A stretch of 63,342 nucleotides of DNA, filler included, from Myxococcota bacterium (lineage in GTDB: Bacteria; Myxococcota; Myxococcia; Myxococcales; Myxococcaceae): assembly GCA_049322255.1 (NCBI GenBank). It is 3 parts of 3 records of this genome, joined end to end, with 100 filler letters (N's around TTAATTAATTAA, not from the genome) between each part and the next. Parts side by side here need not be neighbours in the genome. Positions count along the whole stretch, not along the records: positions 24,927 to 49,304 come from JBMORE010000060.1; positions 49,405 to 63,342 come from JBMORE010000109.1; 1 more part is not named here. The stretch is one strand, 5' to 3'. Position numbers and translations under genes: made by a program. The notes under the pieces are model-generated. The model made no database searches. It was given only the letters and a program-made list of their open reading frames with translations, and was not told the DNA's origin. This document shows positions 40,905 to 50,222 of this stretch, piece by piece. Positions within the stretch are counted from its first letter, which is position 1; every line of letters starts with the position of its first letter.

Positions 40905-41000
40905 GGCAAACCTCCTGAAGGAGGGCAACAAGCCACGCCGAGGAATGTTTGAGAATCGGTATTATTTAAATTGTTTTATACGGTGTTTCGGAACGATGCC

Positions 41001-42713
41001 CTAGGGACAAGAGAGGAACGTCCGGATAGGAGCGAGGACATCGCCGGTGCTTGCGCCCACGCCGAGCTGGCCCGAGGAGTTACCTCCCCAGCACCAGAGA
41101 GTGCCGTCAGACTTTCGTGCACAGCCGTGGAGGGTGCCCGCTGCTACCGCGGCAACGCCGGAAAGAGTGCTCACCTGAACCGGGGTTGTCCGGTCGACGG
41201 TGGTGCCGTCGCCGAGCCGGCCATTGCCGTTGGTTCCCCAGCACCAGACGGTGTTGTCTGACTTGGCTGCGCAGGTGTGGGCATTGCCTGCGCTGACGTC
41301 CACGACACCGGAAAGAGCAGTCACCTGAACTGCGGCTGCCCGGTTGGTGGTGGTGCCATCGCCGAGTTGGCCGAAGAAATTTCTCCCCCAGCACCAGAGG
41401 GTACCGTCTATCTTTCGTGCGCAAGTATGGGTGGCGCCCACGGCCACCTGCGCGATGTTGGAGAGAGCAACGTTGGTGGCGAGGTCCCTCACCTGAACCG
41501 GGGTTGTCCGGTCGACGGTGGTGCCATCCCCCAGCCGGCCATCGCCGTTGCTTCCCCAGCACCAGAGCGAGCCGTCCGTCTTGCGCGCACAGGTATGGAA
41601 TTCGCCGGCCGACACCTGGGCGAAGCTACCGGAGGAAGCATTCACCTGGACCGGGAAAGCTCGCTGAGTGTTGGTGCCATCGCCGAGCTGGCCGGCGTTG
41701 TTCCATCCCCAACACCAGAGGGTGTAGTCCATCTTGCGGGCGCAGGTGTGGAACGCGCCTGTGGCGACCTCGGTAACGATGGAGAATGGAACGCCGGGCG
41801 CAGACATCACCTGAACCGGGGAAACCCGCTGAGTGTTGGTGCCGTCGCCCAGTTGGTTGAAGTTGTTAGCGCCCCAGCACCAGAGAGTGCCGTCCGCCTT
41901 GTGCGCGCAAGTGTGAATCGTGCCCGCAGCTACCGCGGTGACCCCGGTGAGAATGGGAGCCTGGGGCGGAAATACCGAGGTGATAGTGGTGCCATCGCCC
42001 AGCTGGCCGTAGTTGTTGTCGCCCCAGCACCAGAGCGAGCCGTCCATCTTGCGTGCACAAGTATGGGAGGCCCCGACGGAAAGCGCCCTGGCGAGGCAAC
42101 TGCAAACTGCCCCAACGCATGCGCGGTTGCTCGCGCACATCGTTCCGCCGCAGCAGGTTTGACCGGCACCGCCACACTGACAAGTGCCACTGGTGCAGGA
42201 GAGGTTCGTGTTGCATGTGGAGTTGGCGCAGCAGACCTGGCCAGCCGCTCCGCAGGTGCCACAGGTGCCGTTCTCACAGCTCAGCCCGGCCTCGCAGCCC
42301 GTCCCCGAGCAGCATGGCTCGCCTTGTTTCCCACAGCGACACGTTCCGTCGGCGCAGACGCCTATTCCCAGGGCGGTGGAGCAGCTCAGGCCATTGGGAG
42401 CTGTCGTCTGTCCGCACAAGCTCGTTCCCGGGGCGCACTCCTCCACGGTGCAGGGGTCGCCATCGTCCGGGCAGGGCGCCACCTTCTCGCCAACACCGTC
42501 GTCCTCGCACACGGCCAGCTCATTTTTCTCGGTGCACCGCTGCGCCTTGGGCGCGCACCCGCCATCGACGGCAATGACGACTCCGGCGTCGATACTCCCA
42601 GAGCGGCATGCGTCGGTGGTGCTGCCCGTATTCGCGCAGTAGTTCTGCTGCAGCCGCGAGAAGTCCTCGCAGCCGGCCAGGACAACCACACAGAGAAGAA
42701 GTCTTCGACGCAC
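41001..42713 (-). CDS. RCC1-repeat lipoprotein with Cys-rich stalk
   Basis: Lipobox LAGC; CG..G..CC repeats; seven HxCA.K.D...WCWG.N..G.LG repeats. Confidence 0.92.
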   Translation of the reverse strand: MRRRLLLCVVVLAGCEDFSRLQQNYCANTGSTTDACRSGSIDAGVVIAVDGGCAPKAQRCTEKNELAVCEDDGVGEKVAPCPDDGDPCTVEECAPGTSLCGQTTAPNGLSCSTALGIGVCADGTCRCGKQGEPCCSGTGCEAGLSCENGTCGTCGAAGQVCCANSTCNTNLSCTSGTCQCGGAGQTCCGGTMCASNRACVGAVCSCLARALSVGASHTCARKMDGSLWCWGDNNYGQLGDGTTITSVFPPQAPILTGVTAVAAGTIHTCAHKADGTLWCWGANNFNQLGDGTNTQRVSPVQVMSAPGVPFSIVTEVATGAFHTCARKMDYTLWCWGWNNAGQLGDGTNTQRAFPVQVNASSGSFAQVSAGEFHTCARKTDGSLWCWGSNGDGRLGDGTTVDRTTPVQVRDLATNVALSNIAQVAVGATHTCARKIDGTLWCWGRNFFGQLGDGTTTNRAAAVQVTALSGVVDVSAGNAHTCAAKSDNTVWCWGTNGNGRLGDGTTVDRTTPVQVSTLSGVAAVAAGTLHGCARKSDGTLWCWGGNSSGQLGVGASTGDVLAPIRTFLSCP

Positions 42714-42756
42714 CAGCGAACGGTACCTCCGCGAGTCAGCCCTGGTCCAACGCGGG

Positions 42757-45700
42757 TTACGGCGGCACGGGAGGCAACCACGCGCAGGAATAATCCACCA
42801 GGCACGGGTCGAACGGCACTTCTTCGCCTCCAGTTTGAAGGTACCGCCCCGCGAGATTCAGAATCAGCGAGCCGGTGTCGAACGGCGCCGTGGGATTGGG
42901 CGGATCCATCACGTGAGTCCCCAGGGGGCTCACCATGGGGAAGAGCGCTCCGCTTTGGCCACCCAGCCGCGTGGACGGTTGCACCAACCGCAAGGGTGGA
43001 TTCAACCGCGGCACGTCCAAGCCGTCGTTTCCACCGCGGAGAAGCGCAAGGTGCTCGACATCGATGAGCACCGATTGGCCGGCGGCGTTCACGTGCCGGT
43101 TCGTTCGCTCGGTGCCTTCCAGCATGCCGGTGTCGATGAGCACGCGGTTGGGCGTCTTTCCCCACCGTGGGTCGGGGCGAAAAAGCTCGATGAAGCCAGC
43201 GGCCCGCGCCACGGAAGCGCCGGTGCTGGTCGGTACCACGGTGTCGCCGACGGTGGCGAGCAGCAGCGCCCGAGTCCGCACCGCTTCCCCCGTGCCGTGG
43301 CGCAACAAGCGCCGCTCGTAGTGGGGGGCGAAATTGACGGGATCCGCCGGCTCGAGGGCAATTTGGGCGATTTGCATGAAGCGGCGCATCTCCGGGGTGC
43401 CGCGGCGCAGGCCAAAACCGTCGCCGAGCGCACGCAGGGGTTGTCCGGCGGGGTACTTCACTTTTTGAAACTCCGCCTCCACGCCCAACGTGTCGACCGT
43501 CGTATGGGGGACGGCCTCCGGGGGAACGAGGCAGCCTTGGTGCTCCTTTGGCGGCAAAAGCCCTGGGTAGAGGTCGAGCCGGAGCTCATCGCCCGCGTCC
43601 GATGGCACGGCCACCCGGAACCGGCCCGACGTCTGCACAGGCGCGCACCGGTAGTCGCCGGTCTTCGTGTTCCACAGGACGGCGGTGTCCCCTTCCCGCA
43701 ATGAATGGAGCACCGCGACCTTCACCTCGTCGGCGTCGTCGAGGTCGGGCAGGTGCTGCCACAGCTCGACGCTTCCATCTGCAGCCGGCAGTCCCAGGAG
43801 CAGTGGCCCGAACATGCGCAAAGCGACCGCCTGCACCACGCTGTCGTGAGAGCTGCGTGCCGCGATGTCGCTCAGGCCGCCGCCGCTGGAGAGTGCCACG
43901 ACCGCATCCAACGCGGGCTCGAGGCCGCCGAGCACGCTGGTCATGATGCCGCCGAGCGAGATGCCCATCATGTAGAACGGCCCTTGGCCGCTGACGTCCA
44001 CCCGACCATCGGCGTCGAAATCGCCCGCCAGCTCCGGGGTGCCGTCGCGGTTGGCGTCGAACTTCCAGGTGCGAAAGCCGTCGAAGGTTCGCAAAAGCTG
44101 GAGGAAGCGCATGTAGTCGACCGCCGTCTGGCGCACCATGTCGCGGCTGTGGAAGACGTAGGCGGTCCAGAAATCGGCGCCCGAGTCTTTCACCCCGTCG
44201 CCATTCTGGTCGGCGGCCCGGTCACGCAAGAGCGCGGCCGCCATCGGGTCGAGCCCGGAGCCGGCGGCGTAGGCCTTGATCAGCTCCTCCAGCACCTTGT
44301 CCACCGGCATGCCGTGGCCGGCCATGTCGATGCTCGCGGTGGCCAACCCATGGCGGGCGAGGAAGCCGGCGAACAACAGCGCGTCGAGCTTGTTGCTGGT
44401 GTGGCCGTGGCCGAAGAGGACGACGGGCGCGGGCCGTGGGCTGTGTTGCGCTTTGGGCACCGCCAGCCAGAACGTCACCTTCTCCTTGCGGACGAACGCT
44501 TCGCCCGAAGAGGTGTCGAGCTCCCAGACCTGCTCGGAAAGCGGCAGAGGGTTTCCTTGCTCATCCTCGCGGCGGAAGAACTGGGGCGATTCGAACGCCC
44601 CCACCACATGGAAGTCGATGAACTTCTGCGACTCCAAAATGACCTCGGCGGTGGCTTGGTACTCGCCCGCGACGAGCTGCGGAACCAGCACTTTCGCCAG
44701 CTCGTAGAACTGCTCCCCGGGGACGATTTTGACGTTGAGCGGCTCGCCTCCGGTTTTTCGGCGGATGTCGTAGAGGTCGGTCAGCTCCGAAGGGAACGGC
44801 TCCGTCAGCCAGGCGAGTGGTCCCACCCCGTACAGCCCGTCGCGAATCGTCACCAGCTCGCGCGTCACGCTCTGGGTGGTGAAGGACCAGGTGAAGGCCA
44901 CCTCGTGAAGGGACAAACCCAATCCAGGCAGACACTGCTCGAGCGGCCTCAAGGCTTCGGTCTGCTGGGCGTGGTTGATGAAAGGAAACGGCGAGCGCAC
45001 CGGCCTGCCGTCTTCGTCGCGGAGCCGGTTGGTCAGCACCACCGCGTAGGTCGTCTCCTCGCGCAAGGGCAGCACGGGGCGTAAGAGCAGCGTGTTCGTC
45101 TCTCGCTCGTAGAAAGTGAGCAGCCCGTCGAGCGGCGGGTCGTCGGGGTGACGCAGGTTGGGGTGATCGAGCACCCCGTCCATGTCGGTGTCTTCTCCCG
45201 GGTCGAGAAGGCCGTTCCCGTTGCGGTCCTCCTCCGCTTCCTCGAAGACGAGCTGCTGCGTCGCCGCGCGCGGGTCATTGGGCTGATACCTGTCCAGCTC
45301 CTCCACGGTGAGGGGGAAGTTCCCCTCGCCCATGTCCAGCGGCGTGGGCTGGCAGAAGTCCGGCGAGTCCGCCGTCACGTTCACCACCAGCACCGCGTCG
45401 TCTAAGAAGTCGTAGTCGTCACCCCGGTGGCGCCGCTCCAGTTCCACCACATCGAGTGGCCGCTCGAAGCCCACGCTCAAGGGGGCGAACGTTCCCCACC
45501 CGTCGAGCCGGTCGAGGTGCTGGCGGGTCGCGCGCTCCCACGCTGTGTCTGCGATGAGGCTGGCGTTCACTCGCCGGTGGGTGGGGGAGGTGGGGTCGTA
45601 GCGGGTGGCGAAGTCGTTGGGGAGCGGAATCTCCGGGAGGGGCCGGGCGAAGACGTCGAACTTCACTTTGGCACCCGTGCCTTCGGGGGTCGGCCGCAGG

Positions 45701-45774
45701 CCTTGCGGCTCGGGTGAGGGACCGCAAGCAACCAGGGCGAGAGCGGCAAGTGGCAGGCGGCAGAGGCTTTTCAT
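42757..45774 (-). CDS. Large lipoprotein alpha/beta hydrolase (extracellular lipase-like)
   Basis: Lipobox LVAC; P.PND N-terminal motif; GHG oxyanion region; GISLGG nucleophile elbow; several DxNxDG Ca-binding-like loops. Confidence 0.78.
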   Translation of the reverse strand: MKSLCRLPLAALALVACGPSPEPQGLRPTPEGTGAKVKFDVFARPLPEIPLPNDFATRYDPTSPTHRRVNASLIADTAWERATRQHLDRLDGWGTFAPLSVGFERPLDVVELERRHRGDDYDFLDDAVLVVNVTADSPDFCQPTPLDMGEGNFPLTVEELDRYQPNDPRAATQQLVFEEAEEDRNGNGLLDPGEDTDMDGVLDHPNLRHPDDPPLDGLLTFYERETNTLLLRPVLPLREETTYAVVLTNRLRDEDGRPVRSPFPFINHAQQTEALRPLEQCLPGLGLSLHEVAFTWSFTTQSVTRELVTIRDGLYGVGPLAWLTEPFPSELTDLYDIRRKTGGEPLNVKIVPGEQFYELAKVLVPQLVAGEYQATAEVILESQKFIDFHVVGAFESPQFFRREDEQGNPLPLSEQVWELDTSSGEAFVRKEKVTFWLAVPKAQHSPRPAPVVLFGHGHTSNKLDALLFAGFLARHGLATASIDMAGHGMPVDKVLEELIKAYAAGSGLDPMAAALLRDRAADQNGDGVKDSGADFWTAYVFHSRDMVRQTAVDYMRFLQLLRTFDGFRTWKFDANRDGTPELAGDFDADGRVDVSGQGPFYMMGISLGGIMTSVLGGLEPALDAVVALSSGGGLSDIAARSSHDSVVQAVALRMFGPLLLGLPAADGSVELWQHLPDLDDADEVKVAVLHSLREGDTAVLWNTKTGDYRCAPVQTSGRFRVAVPSDAGDELRLDLYPGLLPPKEHQGCLVPPEAVPHTTVDTLGVEAEFQKVKYPAGQPLRALGDGFGLRRGTPEMRRFMQIAQIALEPADPVNFAPHYERRLLRHGTGEAVRTRALLLATVGDTVVPTSTGASVARAAGFIELFRPDPRWGKTPNRVLIDTGMLEGTERTNRHVNAAGQSVLIDVEHLALLRGGNDGLDVPRLNPPLRLVQPSTRLGGQSGALFPMVSPLGTHVMDPPNPTAPFDTGSLILNLAGRYLQTGGEEVPFDPCLVDYSCAWLPPVPP

Positions 45775-45873
45775 AAGGGGGCGGGAAGCTACACCCGACG
45801 CTACGGAGCGGCCAAGGCTCTGAGCCCAAAGGGCAATTCAGTCATCACCGCCGAATTCGCGGCGCGTCGGTTA

Positions 45874-46686
45874 TCAAAGCAGAAGCTCCGCGACGCGCGG
45901 CCAGCCCATCTGTGCGGCGAGATCGCGCGGGGTCTTGCCGCTGCGGGTTCGCCGCGTAGCCTCTGCCCCCTTCGCGAGAAGAACCCGCACGCAGGCCGCG
46001 CTACCTCCGAGCGCCATGCTGTGCAGCGTGGTTAGGCCGTGCTCGTCGGCCTCGTGCAGGAACGCCTCGCGGTTTCGATCGATTTCCCCGGCCAGCTTCT
46101 CCGCCATGTTCTCCGACATCGGGTGTTCGGCCTCGGGGTCGGCCGTCGGCGGAGAAGATGTCTTCCCAAAGACCCGGCCGAAGAGGCCCGGCTTCGCGCT
46201 CTCGCTCCAGTCGGGCACGAGCGCGACGTGGCTCGGGTCGTAGAAGTCGAAACCCCATGCCTGGTCGTGGTCGCGGCGCTCCGCCGGTGACATGCGCGCG
46301 CGCATCGCCTGGATCGTGAAGCCGCCATAGACGCGGCCACTCCTCACATACATCCAGTCTTCGATCCGGTCAGGTGTGAGCGTCAAGCGGTCCCCGGCCC
46401 GGACCGAGCGCAGGTGGTTCGGCTGATTGATGAGCGTCGCCACGATCGTGTCGCCGTCGAACTCGATCTCGTTCAGCCACATGTGCTCGACTTTCGACGA
46501 TTCGCCCTCCTCGGCGAATGCTGCCTTGATCGCCGCGAGCTCGAGCGCCGGGGCGATCCGACGGTACTCCCACGTCAGCTCGCGCCACAGGTACTTGAAC
46601 GTGGCGCGTGCTTTCCTCATCGCCTCGCCCATCTCCGGATCGCCCGTGGGCGCGCCGTACACTTTGCTTGTTGTTGGCCCGCTCAT
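45874..46686 (-). CDS. DUF2314 (YegJ-like) protein with C-terminal ankyrin repeat
   Basis: Motifs KARATFKY, EHMW, L.NQP, IEDWMY and GGFT; ankyrin-like G.TTLH..A.GG...CVRVLL.KGA. Confidence 0.85.
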   Translation of the reverse strand: MSGPTTSKVYGAPTGDPEMGEAMRKARATFKYLWRELTWEYRRIAPALELAAIKAAFAEEGESSKVEHMWLNEIEFDGDTIVATLINQPNHLRSVRAGDRLTLTPDRIEDWMYVRSGRVYGGFTIQAMRARMSPAERRDHDQAWGFDFYDPSHVALVPDWSESAKPGLFGRVFGKTSSPPTADPEAEHPMSENMAEKLAGEIDRNREAFLHEADEHGLTTLHSMALGGSAACVRVLLAKGAEATRRTRSGKTPRDLAAQMGWPRVAELLL

Positions 46687-46711
46687 TGTCCAGAGTGTAA
46701 CCGAGTCGCGC

Positions 46712-46900
46712 CGCGCGGCGCCGGTCAGCGGCTCCACTTCGACCACAGCCTTCGATGTAATTCAGCGGAACCGATGCCGCCGCGCGGCGGATTTGGTCCG
46801 CAAGAAATCCAAACCCTGGTGGCAGCTTCGCCAGCACCATCGCGGTGAAATCGATGAGCTCCAACGATCGACCGTAGATTCGAGTGGTTCCGTAGTTCAT
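46712..46900 (-). pseudogene. Truncated four-helix-bundle protein (TIGR02436 / 23S IVP-like)
   Basis: RBS AGGAGG; MNYGTTRIYGRS...LADQIRRAAASVPLNYIEGCGR, after which similarity is lost. Confidence 0.75.
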
Positions 46901-47005
46901 TGAGCCTCCTCGTCGGGGCGCGAGCACGGCCCCCCTTTCGCCCTTCGCGGGGGAGAGCCGCAAGCGCAGCGTCCGACGAAGGAGGCGTCGATGCTCAACT
47001 TCAGA

Positions 47006-47096
47006 AGTCGGAGGTCGGACGTCTAAGGTCACTGGTCGGTAGTGGGTGGTCGGTGGTCGGCAGTCAGCAGTCGATAGTCAGGATTCGGTAGTCAAG
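47006..47096. repeat. Degenerate tandem heptamer array, 13 units
   Basis: AGTCGGA GGTCGGA CGTCTAA GGTCACT GGTCGGT AGTGGGT GGTCGGT GGTCGGC AGTCAGC AGTCGAT AGTCAGG ATTCGGT AGTCAAG. Confidence 0.85.
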
Positions 47097-47389
47097 CTGT
47101 TCGGCTCTCCTGGGGCGACGATTCCCGCGGGCTCGTCTCGGTCAGCCAATCGACCGTCGGCGGCTCGAAGAGACGGTGCGCCGCCCGGCCGAGCCTGTCC
47201 GCTCCGCGGGGGGTTGTGTTTGGACGATGACCGCGAAACCCGCGGCAGAAGCTGTTTGAGCGGTGCGGTTTTCGTACCACCCCGCTCAAGGTGAGCGAAC
47301 GACGTTACGCCCACTTCGCGCCCGAGAGCTGGAGCAGCTCGCGCAGGCGCAGCAGGCGTACGAAGGTGACGATCGGCACCAGTACCAGC

Positions 47390-47592
47390 AACGACAGAGA
47401 GGGCCTGGCCCGGCTGGGAAGGTATGGGGCCCGTAGGCCTCCGCCGAAAATACACCTGACGGCGTGGCATGGGGTGTACGCGCTCAACGCCATGCTACGC
47501 CCGCTGGTGGTGCCCCCCCACCGGAGTCCGCCTCACCCCCAGCACCAGCAGAAGAGGCGGAGCCCCCCCGCAGCGCCCGCGCATCGACCGGG
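47390..47592 (+). mobile_element. IS91/ISCR-like transposase remnant
   Basis: NDREGLARLGRYGAR is joined directly to PPPKIHLTAWHGVYALNAMLRPLVVP, with PRID in another frame. These are separate IS91-family motifs, implying an internal deletion. Confidence 0.65.
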
Positions 47593-47654
47593 ATGATGGG
47601 GACTCGCATAGCGGTTCCTTAGCATTCCGAATCCACAGCTGGCCGGTGCTCCGT

Positions 47655-48050
47655 TCATGTGCTTGCCAGACGCAAAGCGACGGTGTCGACGAATGCCTGT
47701 GCAGCGCCGAGATCCTCTTTCGTTCCTTCGACATCAGGAACGTAGGTTTCGGCGTAGTCGGCCTCCTCGCGGAACTTTTGCAGGCGCGACAGAAGACGAG
47801 CCGCCGACGGCTCGAACTGGCGCGTCCTCACGAAATGCAAGTGGAACAAGTGGTGAACGCCTTCGTGAGAACGAGGCTCAAGACCTTCTGTGTACAGGAG
47901 GGCGCGCACCGCGTGGAACACCGCCCAGTAGATCCGGGTAGCCGCAATACGCATCAGGTCGACCGAGACGAGCTGCTCAGCTGCGCGCAGCTCTTCCCTG
48001 GCTTTTGCCAGCTCCTCGGAGGCACTGGAAACCCGTCCTTCGGCCGTCAA
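47655..48050 (-). CDS. HEPN domain protein
   Basis: RIYWAVFHAVRALL, PRSHEG and REEADY; overlaps the upstream MNT gene. Confidence 0.9.
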   Translation of the reverse strand: MTAEGRVSSASEELAKAREELRAAEQLVSVDLMRIAATRIYWAVFHAVRALLYTEGLEPRSHEGVHHLFHLHFVRTRQFEPSAARLLSRLQKFREEADYAETYVPDVEGTKEDLGAAQAFVDTVALRLAST

Positions 48051-48400
48051 ACAGGGACCCCCTCTCTCATCACGTCCATCACCAAGGGGCGTTCCTGACG
48101 CAACCAGGTTTCATAGAGCGTGCGCCCGAATACCGCAGGAGAGAGAAACAACCCCGTTTCGGCCCACAGGTCGCCGGCCAGGTCAAGGACGCGCCGCTTC
48201 GCTGCCGGATCAACGTTCTCCAACAGCACGAAGACGTCGACGTCCGATCCCTCGTGGGCTTGTCCTCTCGCATAAGACCCGAACAGCCGAACGTCGAGGA
48301 GCTCGCTCCCAAAGCGCTCCTTGAGCGTTGCGGAGAAGCGACCGAGGACGTCAAGGACAAGCGCGGGAACCTGTCGGCGAGCACCTTCGGGGTGGCCCAT
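48047..48400 (-). CDS. Minimal nucleotidyltransferase (MNT)
   Basis: LFGSYARGQAHEGSDVDV (GS-X10-DXD). Confidence 0.9.
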   Translation of the reverse strand: MGHPEGARRQVPALVLDVLGRFSATLKERFGSELLDVRLFGSYARGQAHEGSDVDVFVLLENVDPAAKRRVLDLAGDLWAETGLFLSPAVFGRTLYETWLRQERPLVMDVMREGVPV

Positions 48401-48595
48401 ACGGAAAACTAAAGCGCTCTCGCTGCAGGAAGTCGAGCCTGCTGGCTCGTTACCAATTTTGGGCAGCGATGGCAGCGCTGGTGACGGTCGATAGGTAACC
48501 GCCTCGGCGGTGCGCGCCGTCGTCACCACCGAGTGCACCCGAAGCCGGCCTCCACAGGGACATTGCTTCCCGTCCACGCCAAATGTCCGCGCCAC
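48398..48595 (-). mobile_element. 3' remnant of an IS91/ISCR-like element with oriIS-like end
   Basis: VARTFGVDGKQCPCGGRLRV resembles the transposase C-terminal motif. GCGCTTTAGTTTTCCGTAT at 48417-48399 resembles ISCR oriIS termini. Confidence 0.5.
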
Positions 48596-48806
48596 GCTCA
48601 GCTTTTCACTTGGTGGAATCGGGCGTCTCGGTATCGTCGTTGGCGGCCTGGAGCTTGCCCTCGACGAACAGCTCAACGACGAGGTTGGCGAACTCCTGGA
48701 CCAGCCGGGTCACATCGCCATCTGAACCCTACGGCGCGGGCTCAGACCCGAGGTGCACGTGGGATCGAGAGCGTGACCGGTGACGCTGGTCTGTGCCGAG
48801 GGCTCG

Positions 48807-49304
48807 TCACATGCCCGTGTCGCGCACGCGGAGTGCCGGTTTGGGAAGCTGGGGACGGAAGTCTAGCAACGCGGCGTAGTCGCCGAACTCCGGGGCGACT
48901 GTGACAAAGGGCGTCATGTCTTGCCTCTCGAGCACTGCTTCTCCCGAAGTGCTCTGTTGTCTGTCATCCGCACCGATAAAGATCTCCCCCGTAGGGAACA
49001 GCCGCCAAGAGCGACTCCGTACGACGGCGTCCAGGACATCGTCGTACTCCCGTTCCTCCATCCAATCGAGCTGCAGCATCCTGCCGCCGAGACGAAGCAA
49101 TCGATGATGGCGTACCAGGCGCTGCTGAGCGTCGAAAACGCGGATCTCTATCGCCTTGCTCGTTTCGAACACGATCCGAACTTCCAGGTCGACAACGAGC
49201 TGGACGCTCACCCACTCGCCTGCGCGACGTAGCTTGCGGGCGGCTGCTTCGGAGATGCCCGAATCACTTGTCGGGAAGGGAAGGCACCCTTCATGGAACG
49301 TCAT
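48807..49304 (-). CDS. Hypothetical protein, possibly 5'-partial at the contig edge
   Basis: 165-aa ORF running from the spacer; no recognisable motif. Confidence 0.4.
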   Translation of the reverse strand: MTFHEGCLPFPTSDSGISEAAARKLRRAGEWVSVQLVVDLEVRIVFETSKAIEIRVFDAQQRLVRHHRLLRLGGRMLQLDWMEEREYDDVLDAVVRSRSWRLFPTGEIFIGADDRQQSTSGEAVLERQDMTPFVTVAPEFGDYAALLDFRPQLPKPALRVRDTGM

Positions 49305-49404
49305 NNNNNNNNNNNNNNNNNNNNNNNNNNNNNNNNNNNNNNNNNNNNTTAATTAATTAANNNNNNNNNNNNNNNNNNNNNNNNNNNNNNNNNNNNNNNN
49401 NNNN
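49305..49404. other. Artificial contig spacer
   Basis: 100 nt of N containing TTAATTAATTAA. Confidence 0.98.
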
Positions 49405-49528
49405 TCAATCCGTGCTCTTCGAAGGCGCGGACGATGGCGAGACGAACTTCTTCCGGAAGGGGATGGCCGACGCTCATCCCTGACTACAGATCAAATTCGC
49501 TCGATCGCGTCAATCGAGCCTCGGGTTA
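49405..49528 (-). mobile_element. Probable left end of an IS630-family element
   Basis: ATG at 49477 gives MSVGHPLPEEVRLAIVRAFEEHGL..., an IS630-like HTH start running into the gap. The upstream end begins at a TA and contains the GCTCGAT/ATCGAGC palindrome. Confidence 0.5.
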
Positions 49529-49921
49529 GCCAAGCGGTTTCGACCCGGAACCTTTCACGGGCTCCCTCAGTCTTCCGCCGACCGTCCAAGCTTCAACCTG
49601 GCCGCCCTCCCCGCGCTTCAGCTTGAAGCGATACGTCCCGCCACGGTGCTGCCGATTGAGCGTAAACGTGTAACAATTGGTGACAACCTCGAGTCGCTCC
49701 CCAACCTGAACCGTCGGGGCCCCTATATCTGAGCTCTTGGATTCGACTGTCGTGACCTCGAGGGAGAGCCGACAAGGCCGACGACCGGGATTCGGAGCGC
49801 CCTCGCCCTTGAGCACGTGAGCAACAATGATTGTGGGCGGCGATTCCACGCCTGCATCCATCGGTGTTTCCGCGAAGGCGACACTCGAAAGGAGAAATGT
49901 GAAGGCACTGGCCCCTCGCAT
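49526..49921 (-). CDS. Hypothetical secreted protein
   Basis: Signal-like MRGASAFTFLLSSVAFA-E; two Cys residues; lower GC3. Confidence 0.5.
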   Translation of the reverse strand: MRGASAFTFLLSSVAFAETPMDAGVESPPTIIVAHVLKGEGAPNPGRRPCRLSLEVTTVESKSSDIGAPTVQVGERLEVVTNCYTFTLNRQHRGGTYRFKLKRGEGGQVEAWTVGGRLREPVKGSGSKPLG

Positions 49922-50194
49922 CGCGGTGGACTGTACCGTGCCCGCGCCTTCGAAATGCTTTTTGCACCGACGTCCCTGCTTTTCGGTGCATCGCGCCCAA
50001 GAAGGGCCTCGACTCCGCGCCCGAAGCAACGGCTGGCTTGAGCTCTGGTCGGGCAACGAATCGGCCTGAGGCTCTGGGAGGAAAGTCGCGTGGCCGCTGG
50101 CCGGTGCTTGATCGGGTGTTCTCTCGGGGGCGGTGCTCAAGGATCCGACTGGCTCTTTTACTTAGGGCTGTCCTGGGGCTCCACTTGTGAGTCT

Positions 50195-50222
50195 TTTGTT
50201 CATAACTCACGTTACATACCAA
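50195..50222. other. dif-like tyrosine-recombinase site
   Basis: TTTGTTCATAA-CTCACG-TTACATACCAA: 11-6-11 layout with TAA/TTA inner bases, in an AT-rich non-coding patch. Confidence 0.45.

Noticed and set aside
41050..42070. Regularly spaced DNA repeats (CCCCAGCACCAGA...)
   Set aside because: These are coding RCC1 repeats, not a CRISPR array; no cas genes occur in the window.
46370..47032. 220-aa ORF as a real protein
   Set aside because: Chimeric read-through: only ~60 codons are four-helix-bundle-like, and the rest overlaps the DUF2314 gene out of frame or non-coding DNA.
48047..48676. 209-aa zinc-finger/MNT fusion
   Set aside because: The upstream part is better explained as a transposase remnant that happens to be in frame with the MNT.
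48510..48725. Short plus-strand ORF ending LLDQPGHIAI
   Set aside because: Possibly a gene tail, but too short and featureless to support.
45780..49304. Possible integron cassette array (small genes, TA pair, DUF2314)
   Set aside because: No integrase and no convincing RYYYAAC...GTTRRRY attC sites were seen.
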